This document shows positions 1-13,639 of a stretch of DNA of 64,000 nt, piece by piece; within the stretch, counting starts at the first letter, position 1, and each line of letters begins with the position of its first letter. This stretch comes from Zancudomyces culisetae HAW-14-8. Lineage: Eukaryota; Fungi; Kickxellomycota. The notes below the pieces were generated by a model. That model was not told the DNA's origin and searched no databases. It saw only the letters and a program-made list of their open reading frames with translations. The stretch lies in the NCBI GenBank assembly GCA_052426225.1, contig JBNJNM010000013.1, positions 1,054,001 to 1,118,000 on the forward strand. The letters run 5' to 3'. A program made the position numbers and the translations under genes.

Positions 1-912
1 ATTTTCCCCATTTTGACTTTCTCAGGGCTGTATACGATCTGAGATTTAAGTTCCGCTATTTGACTATGGTTTTCATTGGCTTTACTTCGGATCGGTACGA
101 GCCTTTCTTCGATCGTCTCTTGGTCTTCTCGCAATGGATCTAACTCCTCAACGAGTTTATGTTGCTTTTGCTGTAACAGCTTGATCTTCCCTTCCAGCTC
201 TGAAAACGCCTTCAGCTCTTCAGCTACCTGTGGTTGCTCTATATCCAGCTGTCTTTCCGATTCCTCCAGCATTTTCATGAGATTTTCCTCTTCTTGAATC
301 AAAGCCTTGTATTTTTTCATATTTTTTTCGTTTTCCATCGCATATTTCTCTAATACAACCATTCTTTCATCTCTAAACATTGCAAAATTACACGACTCGC
401 TCAGAAACTTCTTGATATTCCCCGGATCTGGCCTGATCAGATCCGACACCAATACGTCTGCGGTCCCTATCTGCCACATCAAATTACTCCTATTGTATAA
501 ATAATAGCATTATTTCTGCTTGCTGGTGTTTTTGCTTTAGAGCAAGATATTCATACACTGGATCTTATTCCACTAAGAGTTAATCCCAGCTGATAGTTTG
601 CTTTTCATATGTTTTACAACGATAGTAAAAAAAAAAAGAAGCTTACATTGCCTTTTTGAAAATAAAAAAATTTGTAACTTCCTCCAAGGGTTCAGGGTAA
701 TCAAATGTTTGACGATAGTAATCTTGGATATAGCTAAATACATTATTTGAATCGTATGAGCAAAGCTCAAACATAAGCGAATCGAAAATATACTCTATAT
801 TCTGAATTGTTGGTCTAGTCAAATCGTCTTCTGTTATCGTTATACCCATTCTATCCAGAGAATATGCAATATCTGCAGTTTGCAACTGCGGCACATAATT
901 TATTCGAACCAT
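1..912 (-). CDS. NUF2: Kinetochore Ndc80-complex subunit Nuf2 (3' end outside window); exons 912-647 and 489-<1
   Basis: N-terminus MVRINYVPQLQTADIAYSLDRMGITITEDDLTRPT. After a GTAAGC...ATAG intron the frame continues MSNLMWQIGTADVLVSDLIRPDPGNIKKFLSESCNFAMFRDER (Nuf2 CH-domain pattern DLxxP...LS...NF..FR.ER), then coiled coil. Confidence 0.9.
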
Positions 913-1861
913 TCTTCCAATTTCCGTGATTGTATTAACAGAGAAATATTATAGTTGTATATTTAGCATTCGACCATTCGAAATACTCTCGTTTACAGAT
1001 ATTATTGTAGAAATTTTTTTTAAGGGATCTTTCTGTTTGTATTACAAAATTAGAATGAATAAAAAGGAATTTAAAGCAATCTCGCTACCTGTACTCTATT
1101 TAACAATTGCTTGATTAACTCACAATTGTACAATGATATTGTGCGTGAAAATATTACTCACCATTTATTGGCCACAGATATTTATGTAAATACTAAATAG
1201 AGTTACCATTGGATAATACTAAAGTATATCTCTGTCATTTTGTTTTACCATAGTTTCTCGACTAAAGCTCGCAATATGAAATAGAGTGTTGCCCAAGAAA
1301 TGAACCAAGTGATCAAGAATAACAGTATGGCTATAGAAAGGTTGGACGATATTGGTCAAAATTGCGAGGAGGATAAGCGATTAACTGCTTTTCATGCTAC
1401 TACTCACCTACACACGAGGCGGACTGTATTACTAAACACATTAGTATCGCTCTGCACTACCAATGCCGCTACCGATGCACTCATCAAGAGCTATGATCTC
1501 ACCATTGTAAAATCTTCACTAGCCCACTTCATGTGTTGACACCCTTTCTTTTCCCTTCCCTAAACGTAACCTGTAAACTGAAATGTTTTGTTTTTTAGCT
1601 TTTATTTTACTTATTTTCCATGTTTTTTGGCTAATGTTTGTTTACATTTTTGGTGTAAAAAAAATTTAGGAAAATCGATACATTTGGTGTTTTTTCGATG
1701 TAGTAACAACAGAGTAGACAAAATAATATTCAACGTGCATAACAAAACATAAATACGCAAAACGATAAGAACATAGCAAATTATACCAAAGTCTGAAAAG
1801 GAGTTCCGGAAGTCACACAGAAGGATACCATACAAACTATAAAAAAGAGAGAAAAAAAAGA

Positions 1862-3800
1862 ATGTCCTCGAGCGATCTAAATTCTGCTTCAAAATGGGTT
1901 ACAAACTCTAATGAGGCTGTCCTGATTAGATTATGTATGTATTGAACCTTGTTATCTCTTCAGCGTGTGTAATTGAATCTTTTGATCTTTTTATATACTC
2001 ATTTTGTGAATACATAAATGGAAATAGTTAGCAGCGAGGATAAAGCGGCAATAGAAAAATATTTGGAAAACAAAGTTACAAATGACTCTGTCGTAGAGAA
2101 GGGAGAAAACAATTATCAACAACAAGAACAAGACGGGGAATACGAGGATATAGATATTATAGAGTTTCACCCAACTTTTACATATACCATTTATGGAGAT
2201 CTGGAGAGCATTTTTGGATACACTGGACTTCAAATAAAGGTAAGAACAAGTTAATTAATGAGTATTGCTGTTATGCGAAAGATAAAATTGGTTATTCTGG
2301 TTCACCAGTTGCATAATGTATATGTATATGTATATTTATATTTATGTGTATGTATACACACATTAGCTGAATATTTCTGCAGGATCACTCAAGACATATC
2401 TCAACGTATCATACGAGAAAAAAGTTGATGGCCTGGAGAGTATTTCCTCTGTCTCGCTTAAATCTGACGATGTTGTGACACCTATAACTAAGTATTTATC
2501 TAATGGTAAGATCTTTGAAAGGTTTACGCATAATAATAATAAAAAGGGCAACGTAAAAAATAAATTACTGGAAACATAGACCTTCTCACAACAAACGAAG
2601 CATTCGTAAATGCAGTGCTAGACGACTCCAAGAAATTCAAACCCTTGGGGAAAAAGGTTTATGAATACAAAAATGAAAGTGATGAAGAGTCGATATTTGA
2701 AATCTATGAGGTAACACCAGTGTCTAATTGCACTTATGCACTTTTTACTTTTGGAAAGTTAACGAAGCTGAATACTTTAAACGAAAAATAGAATAAACTC
2801 GATAATGAGCCCTTCAGAAGATACTACAGACGATTCCGGATGTTCATTTTGTTTTATATTGAGGGTGGAACATACATTGATGAAGAGGATAGCCGTTGGA
2901 CTATATTCACACTGTAATGCATTTTTAACAACTAACATCATTATCAAATTCAACTAGAAAATATGCTATTTGGAACTAATATAGGTACAAAAAGCAGATC
3001 ATCAACAACAAACCAATCTATTCATTTGCTGGGTTTTGTTCCATGTATAATTTTTACCACTTTCCAGATAAAGTTAGAGCACGAATAAGGTAATTAGCAT
3101 ATTAAATTCATTTTCTCGTTGTATACGTAGAAACATAGTCATCTAGTATTAATGTTGTCTTAACATCAAGTTGGCATAAGATTAACACGACAAAGACAAG
3201 TTAATAATTCATGGTTGTTTGTGTACTTAGTCAGTTCTTAATATTGCCGCCATACCAGAATGTTGGACATGGATCAAAACTGTACAGCTATATCAGAGAG
3301 TCAGTTATTTCTAATGACGAAATAGTCGATTTTACAGGTAAAATATAGCTTTATTACCTTCAAAAAAAATGATACAAATATCGCGGTATAAACAAACATT
3401 GATACAACTACAACTGCAATACGAATTAGTTGAGGACCCAAGTGAAAGTTTTGATGATATGCGAGACAAAAGTGATATCAGATGGTGCATCCAGAACAAA
3501 GTGCTGGAAAAGGTTTGTGCTCCGCCATCAAACCAAGAAATCAGGAATCTGAGAAGCAAATACAAACTAAGTCAAAGACAAATGCTTCGAGTTTGTGAAC
3601 TGATAATCTTAAAAAACTTGAACAAAAAAAAGTTATCACAAGCAGAGATGCGAAGCTATGCCATCTGGGTGAAAAAACGGATTTATCTCCAAAATGTTGA
3701 TGTGCTGAATCTAGTAACCGATGAGGAGCGTATTAAAAAGCTTGATGAAACTTTCAAGAACGTGTATGATGATTATTTAAGGATTCTGAGTTCCATATAG
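1862..3800 (+). CDS. HAT1: Histone acetyltransferase type B catalytic subunit (multi-exon)
   Basis: Spliced translation gives [90 protein letters not shown] and TVEDPSESFDDMRD. GT-AG introns. Confidence 0.95.
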
Positions 3801-3955
3801 CTCTTTACTTTTCTTATTGCCTTTTTACTGTGAATTTTATACTTCCTTGGTCTCATTTTCGTATGAACAAACTGTTATATTTATTTATTTAAAACGAAAC
3901 GAAACGAAAAAAAACCACATGGTTTGCCAAGACCGCGGTACAAGCTTTTGTTACT

Positions 3956-4879
3956 TCAAGCATCGATACTACATGGAGAATTTGGGTCAGCCGCCAAACT
4001 CTTAATCATTTGATACATAAAATCGTCTCTGTTTGTAGTTTCGCTAATATCAGCACCACTGCTGGTAGAACCCTTCAACAGTTGTTCTTGTAGTCTTAGA
4101 GATGTTTGGGTATCTTCGATCTGCTTAGCAACTTTTTCCCAAAATCCATCTTTTGAATCTTTCAGATTGTCCCTTGTTTTCAGGGCTTCAGCAGCAGCTT
4201 CACTTTTTTCCTTTGCCTCTTTATTGGCTTTGTCCTTTTTCTCGTTGTATTCCTTGTAGAAATTTTCAATTTGCTCTTTGGCTGACTTGAGTTCGGTTTC
4301 TCTTTTAACCTTTGCCTCTTCATCCCGTTTTGCGATGATATCGGCTATCCTCTGCTTCCAATCCCTAAGAATGATAAATTTATATTTTTATAGAAAAAAA
4401 ACGCTTTTTGCGCTTGTTTTAATAAGACTGTTTATTGTCAAGAATAGTGATTAGCTTACTCTAATAGTTTTTGTTGTTCTGCTGTAGGTCCATGTTTGGG
4501 ATTTATGTTTGGAGAGCTAACACTGGAAATTGCACTGATTTTCTATAACACACAAATAAAGTTGAAGTCAAGTCATATTTTAGCTCGATATCCCAAAACA
4601 CGCAATAAGTATATATGTATAATAATTACTCACTGAAGTCTCGCTTTCATATTGTATCGATTCAGCTGAGGGTGAAAGTGTTTTGCTGGGTTTGTCTGTT
4701 GCGTCTAGATTTGGGGTACCCACACTTGCTATCGGTTCATCCGCTTGTTCAAAATTACCGAAATCTTGGTCATCGAAATCATCCTGAACATCGCCGGCGA
4801 GCGCTCCCCCTTGAAGTTCCGGCTTTTCGGTTTCTAAAGCCTGCTTTTTTGCTTCCGCTTTTTTGCTATTCTTACCCAT
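3956..4879 (-). CDS. CLC1: Clathrin light chain (3 exons)
   Basis: Acidic N-terminus (DDFDDQDFGNFE). The last exon reads DWKQRIADIIAKRDEEAKVKRETELKSAKEQIENFYKEYNEKK...FWEKVAKQI...MIKSLAADPNSP; stop TGA at 3958-3956. Confidence 0.85.
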
Positions 4880-5619
4880 TTTCCCAATATCGAATATATT
4901 TCTTTTTTTCTCAAAAGTATTTCTCTCGTATTAACCTACTAAGAACCCTTGAACCGAAAAAGCTCGAATGTTTTTATTTCAGTTTTCAGCTGTTGGATAG
5001 AGTGAGGGCAAATAAAAATATCCTTTTATCCTCAGAGAATGAAGAGTAGCTTACATTTTATTCTCGCTGAGAAAAATAATTTGGCAATGGCATTTTTTTT
5101 TGGCGTGTTTGAAACCCAACCTTATTAAACACCCATTTTGTATGATTTCATTTTCATTTCTTTTAATCAGTGGGCTTTCTTGACCCGTGATATAGTACCC
5201 ACAGACAAGGAAAGTAAAAAGAGAAGTACTATCCAGAAATCTTCTCCCTACAACGCCCAACTGCAAAAAAGCAAATTAGGAAAATAAAAAAAGAACATCA
5301 AAAACCAAGGAGATTCAACAAAATACTGAGTCTTAGACGCCTTGAGTGTCTTTGGGCCTATTGACGCAGTATAAGAATAGATACAACATAATACTATATG
5401 TATATTGTGGAGCTACTAGAAATGCCTATGTACAGGTAGCGGATTTGCATTCCCATTCAAATAGCAAAGGTCGGATACAATGAGACCATGCTGGTAGGTT
5501 CGAGAGATATTTTATGTATATATTTATGTCAAAACAGTAAAGGAGGATGCGCTTATGAAACCAAAAATAAAGGAAAATAAGAAAAAACAAAGATAAAGGC
5601 ACTGAAAATAGTTGGAAGA

Positions 5620-6282
5620 TTATTTTTGATTGAGGGGAACATTTGGAATGAAATTGGGAACGTATCGGTCAGTGTTGTAGACCTTCTTTCCGACTTCCCA
5701 GCCTTCAACATCCTTCATTATTTCTTTTTCTCTATTTAAAGCAGCCACATTGCGGCGGTATTCATCACGATCGCTTTCGGCCAACAAAAATGGAAATGAA
5801 TGGATTCTTCCCCAAACTCTTTCCCTATCAAGCTCTCTATAAGTGTGTTTTTTATTTTAAAAGATTAGTGTCTGTTTTCTTCATAATGGTTAAGGGAGAT
5901 TTTCCGAATTCCGGATTAATTCACATTGCTCATATCGACATTTAAACAACCGAATCCCAAAAGTAGGAAAAGAAGCGGCGAATTAAAAGATAAAGGCAGC
6001 ACAATGCTAGTGACGAACAAGACTAATATATTCTTGAGTTTGTTTGTCTTTTTTTTGCCAATATATATAGGAAATAAAGAACTCATGAGAGAAGTGAATA
6101 ATTCAGAAAATCACATACCTTGTTTCATCCAGACCTTGCTTAACTCTATACCAGCCGAATGCCATAAAAGCAGTGAGACCACTAAGGATTACAAAACCAG
6201 AAGGACCCTTCTTTGGCAGATTTCTACGATATGAAATAAACTTGTATCCTCCCTTGGGAGGTAAGTCCTGAGCTTGCGACAT
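5620..6282 (-). CDS. NDUFA13: NADH:ubiquinone oxidoreductase subunit A13 (GRIM-19), 2 exons
   Basis: MSQAQDLPPKGGYKFISYRRNLPKKGPSG plus a TM helix. Exon 2 reads RELDRERVWGRIHSFPFLLAESDR...EKEIMKDVEGWEVGKKVYNTDRYVP. Confidence 0.95.
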
Positions 6283-6742
6283 TTTCAATTCTAAAAATAT
6301 TTATGTTTGTTATTAAAAAAAATTTTAGTATTAAATTAGATAAATAAATGCTAAAATATGAAAGCAACTCGAGGCGTCAAAATTAATTGTGGGTGGTTTT
6401 TTTGATATCTGGAATGAAACGAGTTTATTTTATTTTTACCAAAATTTGCTTCCCCTAGCTTATCGAATAGTTTTTTGTGTGATTCAAAGCTACAACGGAA
6501 AAAGTATATCATTTTTAAAAAAGTCAACTAATATAGGACCAAGGCTAAAAACCAAAAAAAAAAAACTTAAAACAAAGAATAAAGGAAGGATTTATACTCA
6601 ACCCAAAAACACCGCTTACAGTTAATTCTACAATGTAGTAATCAATAAAATGGAATTTATATAATAAATTAATACTAAGTACACACAAAAGAGAAAAAAC
6701 TATAAATAAAGCCAGCGATGATAAACCTTTCAAAATAAAAGG

Positions 6743-8467
6743 CTAAAATGCAGGAGTATAAAGAATACTTTGACTAGGGAATACTGAAGACATTCTGTTC
6801 TTAGGTGCTAAAGAGCAAATTAAAGAAGAAGAGAGCTCTCTAGCATTATCAGAAGACGATATGGTAGGGTTAGGTAAATGGGTGGAAGAGGCAGTTGATA
6901 AGCCAACAGTTGCCCCCCTACCAAGCGAACTGGATGAGGATTGTTCTTGAGAGGAATAGAGCGATCGGCTGGAAGATAGTTTGTGGATGGGGCGTAAAAA
7001 AGCAGCCGTTTCTTGGTTATGCTCGTTTTGTGCAGTAGGATCAAGTGGTGTATTATTGTTGCTAGTGGTAGTGGTAGTGGTAGTGGTACTAGTATTATTT
7101 GTGTTCTGTGTCTGCATATCCTGTTGTTGTTGTTGTTGATTTTCTAAAGATTCTGTGACACCTGTTGAGGCATGATCGATAGTTTGAGCACGATCTCTGC
7201 CACTACTATTATTACCTGTTAGGCTGACATTATCGCTACTGTTATTTGAAACGCGAATTCGAGCGTACAGACTGTTTTCATTAACACGGTGTAAGGCGTT
7301 CAATACAATTTCACGCCGTGTAATCCGGGTGGATGTCTTTTCTCTTTCAAGTTCTAGAGTTTGAAGAAGAGTTGGCCTGATGTCGTCTAATATGTAAGCA
7401 AGATGGGAAGTATTTCCATTTTAGTTACTTTTTTCTAGGAGAATATGAATTTATACAGCTGATGCTCACTTGACATTGTATTATGTAAAACTTGATAATG
7501 ACTTACCACATGTGACTTTTTTCTTGTGCTCTGGCTCAACATTATAGGACTTTGTTCTCAAGTGCATTTTTGCCTTGCTTAGTCTCGATGTTAGGAGATT
7601 TTTGGACTGTTTTTTGGTATCCACCATTACAGGTACAGGCTTGTATGTAATCGTTAATACTTCACTAACACAAAAAGGGCATCTAAATTTACAAGTAATG
7701 TAAAATCTTGATTATAACGGTCAATTCGAATAGCTGGCACCCGACCAAGAACTTGAAAAAAGAAAAAGAAAAAGAAAATCAACTTACAGTACAGGTTCCA
7801 AATGTTTTTCTGTGCGTTTAAATTGTACAAAACAATCGGTACATATCGGTTTGTTACAACATATAGTGTAATTAACATTTCTTGGATAGTACAGCAAGCA
7901 AATGGGACACTCAACATCCCTCCTAAAAATACTGCTCAACTTGTCATAATACACACCATCCTCCTGGTCTCTGCTTGTATTCTTTGCATGGTTGTTATTA
8001 GCAAAAACCTCTTTAGCCTCTTCGTCTGCTTTCTCTCGGGGTTTTTCTGCGAGTTCGGGCTTTCCTATAAAAACTTCATCAAAAGACGAGATACTGTGTC
8101 TAAATTTTCTTATAAACGTCTTTTTCACCGATTTTCCCCTTGTCAAACCCCTCCGCCTTGTCTTGCCATCACCACCTTCTGTCCCCTCCATAGTATCTAC
8201 TCTCTTAATATCTCTATCCGCTTTGTTCTCTACAACTCCAGTACCAATATCTTGTCTCATCCCACGAATTACTTTTTCTATATCCTCCCTGTCTATTTCT
8301 TCTATATCATCGGCACCTTTATAAAACGGCGCCAGCTTGCGTTCCATTATTAGTTTAGTGACCACTTTTACGTCAAAGTCATCGTTCTCTTTTGGATAAA
8401 CACCTGTTGGTTCTAAATATCCACCGTCAAACATGGCGGCACCGCCTTTACCATTCGCATTTCCCAT
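6743..8467 (-). CDS. SIP5: Snf1-interacting protein Sip5 homologue with RING-like Zn finger; exons 8467-7788, 7682-7507, 7386-6743
   Basis: MGN N-terminus, DGGYLEPTGVY...LIMERKLAPFYKG, ECPICLLYYPRNVNYTICCNKPICTDCFVQFKR. Splices in frame to CPFC and VTCDDIRP. Confidence 0.9.
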
Positions 8468-10667
8468 TCTTGAAATCTCTTATACACTACTTTGTCTTGC
8501 GTTTAAACAAACTTATTTGAGGCCAACTCTTTTTTACGTGTCGTTTTTTCAAAACCAAAAAAAAAAATGCGGATAGCTAGTTTATAAACCTGGTTAAGAG
8601 ATAACCAATTCTTTTCACTTCCCCCTTTTTATTTTTTTTTCCTTTTGTTACTGCTGAGACTTTACAGCAGGATCCCAAGAAATGTGCAAACTAAAATAAA
8701 GATATGCAGGTACAAAAATAGTTATTGGGGTTTTTTACACAGGCCTCCCTCCTTCCCTTCATCTTCATACATTTTACCTAATTTGGGTCAATTTATTACC
8801 GAAAAATAAAGTCATGTTTTTTCTTTTACTTTCCCATTGCCTGCTCCAAGTATTGTGATAACGTGCTAATTTCAGCCTTTTAGGCGTTATCAAGTGGTTT
8901 ATCCAATGGAATTATCAAATGCTTTTTTTAGAGTCTGAAGTTTTTTTCTTTTTTTTTTTAGTGACTTTAAATTAACTGGATTTTTTTATTTAAAAGCAAA
9001 TCATCATCATGACTTGTTCTAAACACGTAAATTCAAACCAATTTAACTTGTTTGAGGTTTTGCATTTTTTTTCTCTCTTCTTCCCTAACCCATTTTTCTC
9101 GCTTACCCTTTTCCTCTCCTCCCCCAAATTAACAATTATTGCAAAATAAATTAACGAAAAGGGAAAATCGGGCTTCTAACAACGAAAATATACAAAAGAG
9201 TGAACATCAAAAAAAAAAAAAACAAACTAAAAAGGGTAACTAGAACTGTGAAAACATGTTTAAGCAACAGGAGCATTTGACGCTGATTGGCTTTATATTT
9301 TGCATTTCCGGCAAGTTTGAAAAATAAAAATAAAAAAAGACAAATATTTTTGTAGTTTACTTTTGGTTCCAACAACATATGTTGGTTGAAACAAATAAGA
9401 GCCTATAGTTAACAGAAGGTGTTTAGTTGCATCATCCCACCACGACACCATTGGCTGATCTTTTAGTTAAAGGTATACCTTCTTATCCCTGAAAAGGAGG
9501 GCAGGTTTAAGATTGATCAACTGTGTACAGATCACAAAGCAAAGCTTCAAGCAACTCAAGCAATAATAGAATAGAACCTGTATCTGTTAACTATGGGTAA
9601 CTGAACATTTTTACACCAAGGTTGGCTTGTATCTTTTTTTTTCATATTGATGTTCAGACTAGCTTGTATGTTTTGTGGCTGTATTCTGGAAGTTATAAAT
9701 ATAAAAACAATTAAATGGAAAAACCATTTTATACACCACAAGTTGATATGCATTGAAATGATTAGCAAGGACCTATTACTGGTAGAGCTACATACACACA
9801 CACTCTCTCTTCCTCTCAAAAAAAAAATATGCAAAAGTTGGAGAATTAGTGGAGTGAGCGCAATAAAAAAGCCACAACAGATGCATTTCTGTTACTGTAA
9901 GAAGTGGACAATCTTGTAATACGAATTAAGGACACGCATCTGCTAGGCTGCAACTGACTAAATTCAGCTACAACATTACCCAGTATAATTTACAAACCAT
10001 GAGCGTACTCCTTCTCCAAGAATACGGCAAATGAGTCTAGCAAACCAATTTACCTACCTATGACAGCTTTTGCATTACTATTATTTGAGGGAATTTCATG
10101 TGCAGTTTGAGTTTACAGCCAAAATAAAATGGATTTTCGCCATATTATTTATTTATTGTTTGCCACAGAGAATGAGTTTTATTTTATGATGGCTAAATTT
10201 TTTATGCTAATTCTTCTTTGCAACAACCAAAAATATTTTTATTTCTTGGACATTTCCAATTACAGACTTTCTTGAATGCTTGGCCATTAATTTCTCTATT
10301 AGTTCTTATAACCAAATGAGAGGAAAAAAGAATTATACCAGAAATTGATACTGTAGGATTCTTCATTACACACATAGTTCCAAAGACCACTATTGCCCAT
10401 TTTGAAATTACCAATGTACTGTTATTATTATTATTATTTGGTTTTACTCTTTAAAAGGATATTCGAAATAAAATAAATACTATTTTAAAGAGCAGAGTTT
10501 CATAAATCCAAAAACCTCGGACTAGTTCAGTCTATTCTTCCCCCACTCTCCTTTTTTTTTGTCTCTCTCTCCATTTAATGCTTTTACTACAATTCCAATT
10601 GGTAAATATTTAAAATATTTAAAAAAATTACAAAACAGTAATATATTACATCTCAACACACTACTTA

Positions 10668-10750
10668 CAAACCCAAACCCAAACCCAAACCCAAACTCAA
10701 ACTCAAACTCAAACCCAAACCCAAACCCAGACCCAAATCCAAATCCAAAC
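10668..10750. repeat. Degenerate (CCAAAC/TCAAAC/CCAAAT)n hexamer microsatellite
   Basis: Read directly: acaaacccaaacccaaacccaaacccaaactcaaactc... Confidence 0.9.
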
Positions 10751-11098
10751 ATCCAATCCCAATCCCCCCCCTTATATTTCTCATTACTAATCTTTTCCTT
10801 TTTTTTTCCAAAATACCACACCACCCACTTCCACCAAAGATATTAATATAAGGTGTAGTCAAAACATGTATCAAAAAAGGTCACATAAATAATAACTTAC
10901 CACATATATTTATTACAAACACTAAATATATTGAACATGGTAGAATAGGTAAGGAGAAAGAAAAAAAAAGGGGGGGGGGATCCACTTGGTTCTTTCCTCC
11001 CATTACTCGTTTGTAACAAAGCTAAATCAGCTTTATTTTTTTTTAAAAAAAAAAACAAAAAAAACAAAAAACAAAAGAAAAACAAAAGAAAAACAAGC

Positions 11099-11099
11099 G

Positions 11100-11162
<63 letters not shown>

Positions 11163-11172
11163 GCATATGCAT
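11099..11172. repeat. (TATACA)n hexamer microsatellite
   Basis: Read directly: tandem tatacatatacatataca..., ending in tatgca variants. Confidence 0.95.
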
Positions 11173-11273
11173 ACTTGTATATGAAGGATGATGAGAAAAT
11201 ATAATGAGAATAAAAATAAAACTTGTAAGCAAAGATACATATAAAAAAAAATAGTATAGCTTACTAAAGCATA

Positions 11274-12977
11274 CTATACCAAAATTTCCTCATCTATAAC
11301 CAAGAACCCACCCTCACCACAAATGGCCAGAACATCTTCTGCCTGTTTTCCCGACATTGTCGCAAGAGATTTATTAATCTCATCAATCGTACCAACTCTT
11401 AGCGCCTGTTGGAAACTCTCAGGCAAGGACTTGTACAATTTATATTGTTCAGCCTGTTCCTCAACATTTTCATCTGGAATAAAAATGCGGATCTGGTTAT
11501 CTGGATTATCTGTTTGAAGCTGGATACTCTCAACCACATCCTCCTCCGCCTGTTCGGCTTGAATCACTTTACATCGCTCAGTTATATGGTTGTATTTTTG
11601 CTCCAAATCCCCATAAAACAAATTGTGCGCAGGAGATCCAGCTTGTTCAACCTTGGAAAAGAACACCTTGGTTCCATAAGAACCCATCTTCAAGATATAT
11701 GTTATTATAAGAGCCTGCTTAACATACTGTTTAGCCAGAGAATGTTTCCCTTCCATTTGCAGCTGAAAAGCATGCGCAAATATCTGGTCAGAGTTCTTTT
11801 CGTTTATTATCTGGATGTTACTGAGTATGAAATCTTGTGACTGACTCATAGTTTTGAGCTCTGCAAATTTTTTATTGATTGCTGAGAGCTCGAGAATCTC
11901 CTCTTCGTCTTCTGGCTCGTTTTTGATAATTTCCACATTTTCCTTGGTGCTTTTCTTGATTTCATCTTGAGCCTGTTTTTTGCTCGTCGATGTCTATTAT
12001 TATTATTATTATCGATATAATAAGTTAACCAAACTAAAATTTAATTATAAAACAAAGTTAGATGTACAAAACCCCCCCCCCACACACAGCATTCAAAAAA
12101 TAAACAAAGCTGTACAACACAAATGTCAAATATAATTCTTGATATAATTAACTTTACCTCACTGCTTTCAAGAACATGTGGATTTAGTACTTCTACTGTT
12201 TTTGTTTTTACTGTCTTTTTTTCCTTGTCGCTTTTAGTAATAATCTATTTGAATAAAAAGAATTAGTTTTCTTCTGTTTCTTTTTCTTCTTCTTTCACAC
12301 CTTTGCTTCTTGGCTTTAACAGTTTTTTTAAAAAAAAAGTTTTTTCAAGAATAACAATAATATGATATACAAATATAATAAAATCGTTTTACCGTCTTTG
12401 AAAATCCTTCCTTTGATACATCATCGGCAGAAATATGAAGTCTCTGTTCTTTTTGTATAGATTCGATCCGTTTATTCGCCTCGCTTTCCCGGTTCTTGAG
12501 GTTTTCCAAGTGTTTTGCAAAGAGTTTTACAGTTTCTGCCTGTTTTTCCGAAATCTCCGCACGCGCCTTACCACTGGCCACAAGTTCTTCCTGAACCCGG
12601 AGAATCAATCCATCCATCATCTCATCAACAGTCGGCACAGCGGGTGGGATTCCACGTTTGGCCTCATCTTCGCGCCGCTTCAAAAACTTGGTTTGTCTCT
12701 CGATCACGGCCATCCAGTCTAACAGTCGATCGGAGAATTCCTGGGTGGTTTCGGCTTCAATTCCAGCCCTGAGAGCTGATATCCGCGCCATAAGATCCCG
12801 GTTCAGCTTGATTTCGGTCTGTAGATTGTTGATTTCGGCAGCTCTGTTCTCACGATCTTGCCGGATTTTCTGTTGTCGCAACCGAATAAAAGTCCCCTTT
12901 TCGATGTTTGGATGGATTTCGACATCTGAATCATCAGATATTTCCAAATTATCCCATTTTGAATAGTCCAGCACCAT
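11274..12977 (-). CDS. CDC37: Hsp90 kinase co-chaperone Cdc37 (at least 3 exons; 3' end uncertain)
   Basis: Signature N-terminus MVLDYSKWDNLEISDDSDVEIHPNIEKGTFIRLRQQKI. Small middle exon KTVEVLNP. C-terminus LPESFQQALRVGTIDEINKSLATMSGKQAEDVLAICGEGGFL. Confidence 0.95.
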
Positions 12978-13639
12978 TTTCCGTTCACTGTATGTTCTTG
13001 TTTATTTTTTTATTTACCTTTTATACTATTTATGAAGAAGGAAAAAAGTTTAAATAACAATTGTACGACAAAATAGCTCTAATTTTTTAACTAATTTATA
13101 CTGTTATTTATATTTAAATTTGTATTCGTATTCGTATTTGTATTTGCCATTAGCATTGGCATTAACATTAGCATTAAGCATTAAAAATGTTTAGTAAAAT
13201 TATGCTATTTATGGAACGCAAGCAGATTTGCAAGATTACAACGATGATGTACACGTATTTGTAAATGATAAAACAAACTGAACAAGGTATCTGTACACTT
13301 GATGATAGGTGTTTGATAGTTATTAGTATTAATGTTATTTTAAATTGATTCTAGTAACAAAATAAAGGAGTGAGGGGGTGAATGGGATAATAATAAAGCT
13401 AAATATAAACAAACAAATAAACAAATAAAATAATCCTCGTAATAAAAATGGTATAAATTCCTAAAGGGAAAAGGATGAGATGTGATTAACAGGTGATAAT
13501 GTGTATATGTAGTTTTGCAATATAAGGTTAAGCGTTAGTGTTTAGAATTTACAAACGGCATAAAGGGAGATAAAGGTGAGGGAAAGGGGGGGGAAGGGGG
13601 GGGTTTGAATTGTTTATGGTTTTATGATATAAATAAAAA

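Noticed and set aside
1300-1539. 79-aa ORF between NUF2 and HAT1
   Set aside because: No recognisable motif or family; short ORF in a divergent promoter region.
10668-10750. (AAACCC)n as an interstitial telomere
   Set aside because: Degenerate, short and not TTAGGG-type; behaves like the many other hexamer microsatellites here.
10522-11240. ORFs with FGFG, MYMY, ICIC and YTYT repeats
   Set aside because: Translations of microsatellites, not genes.
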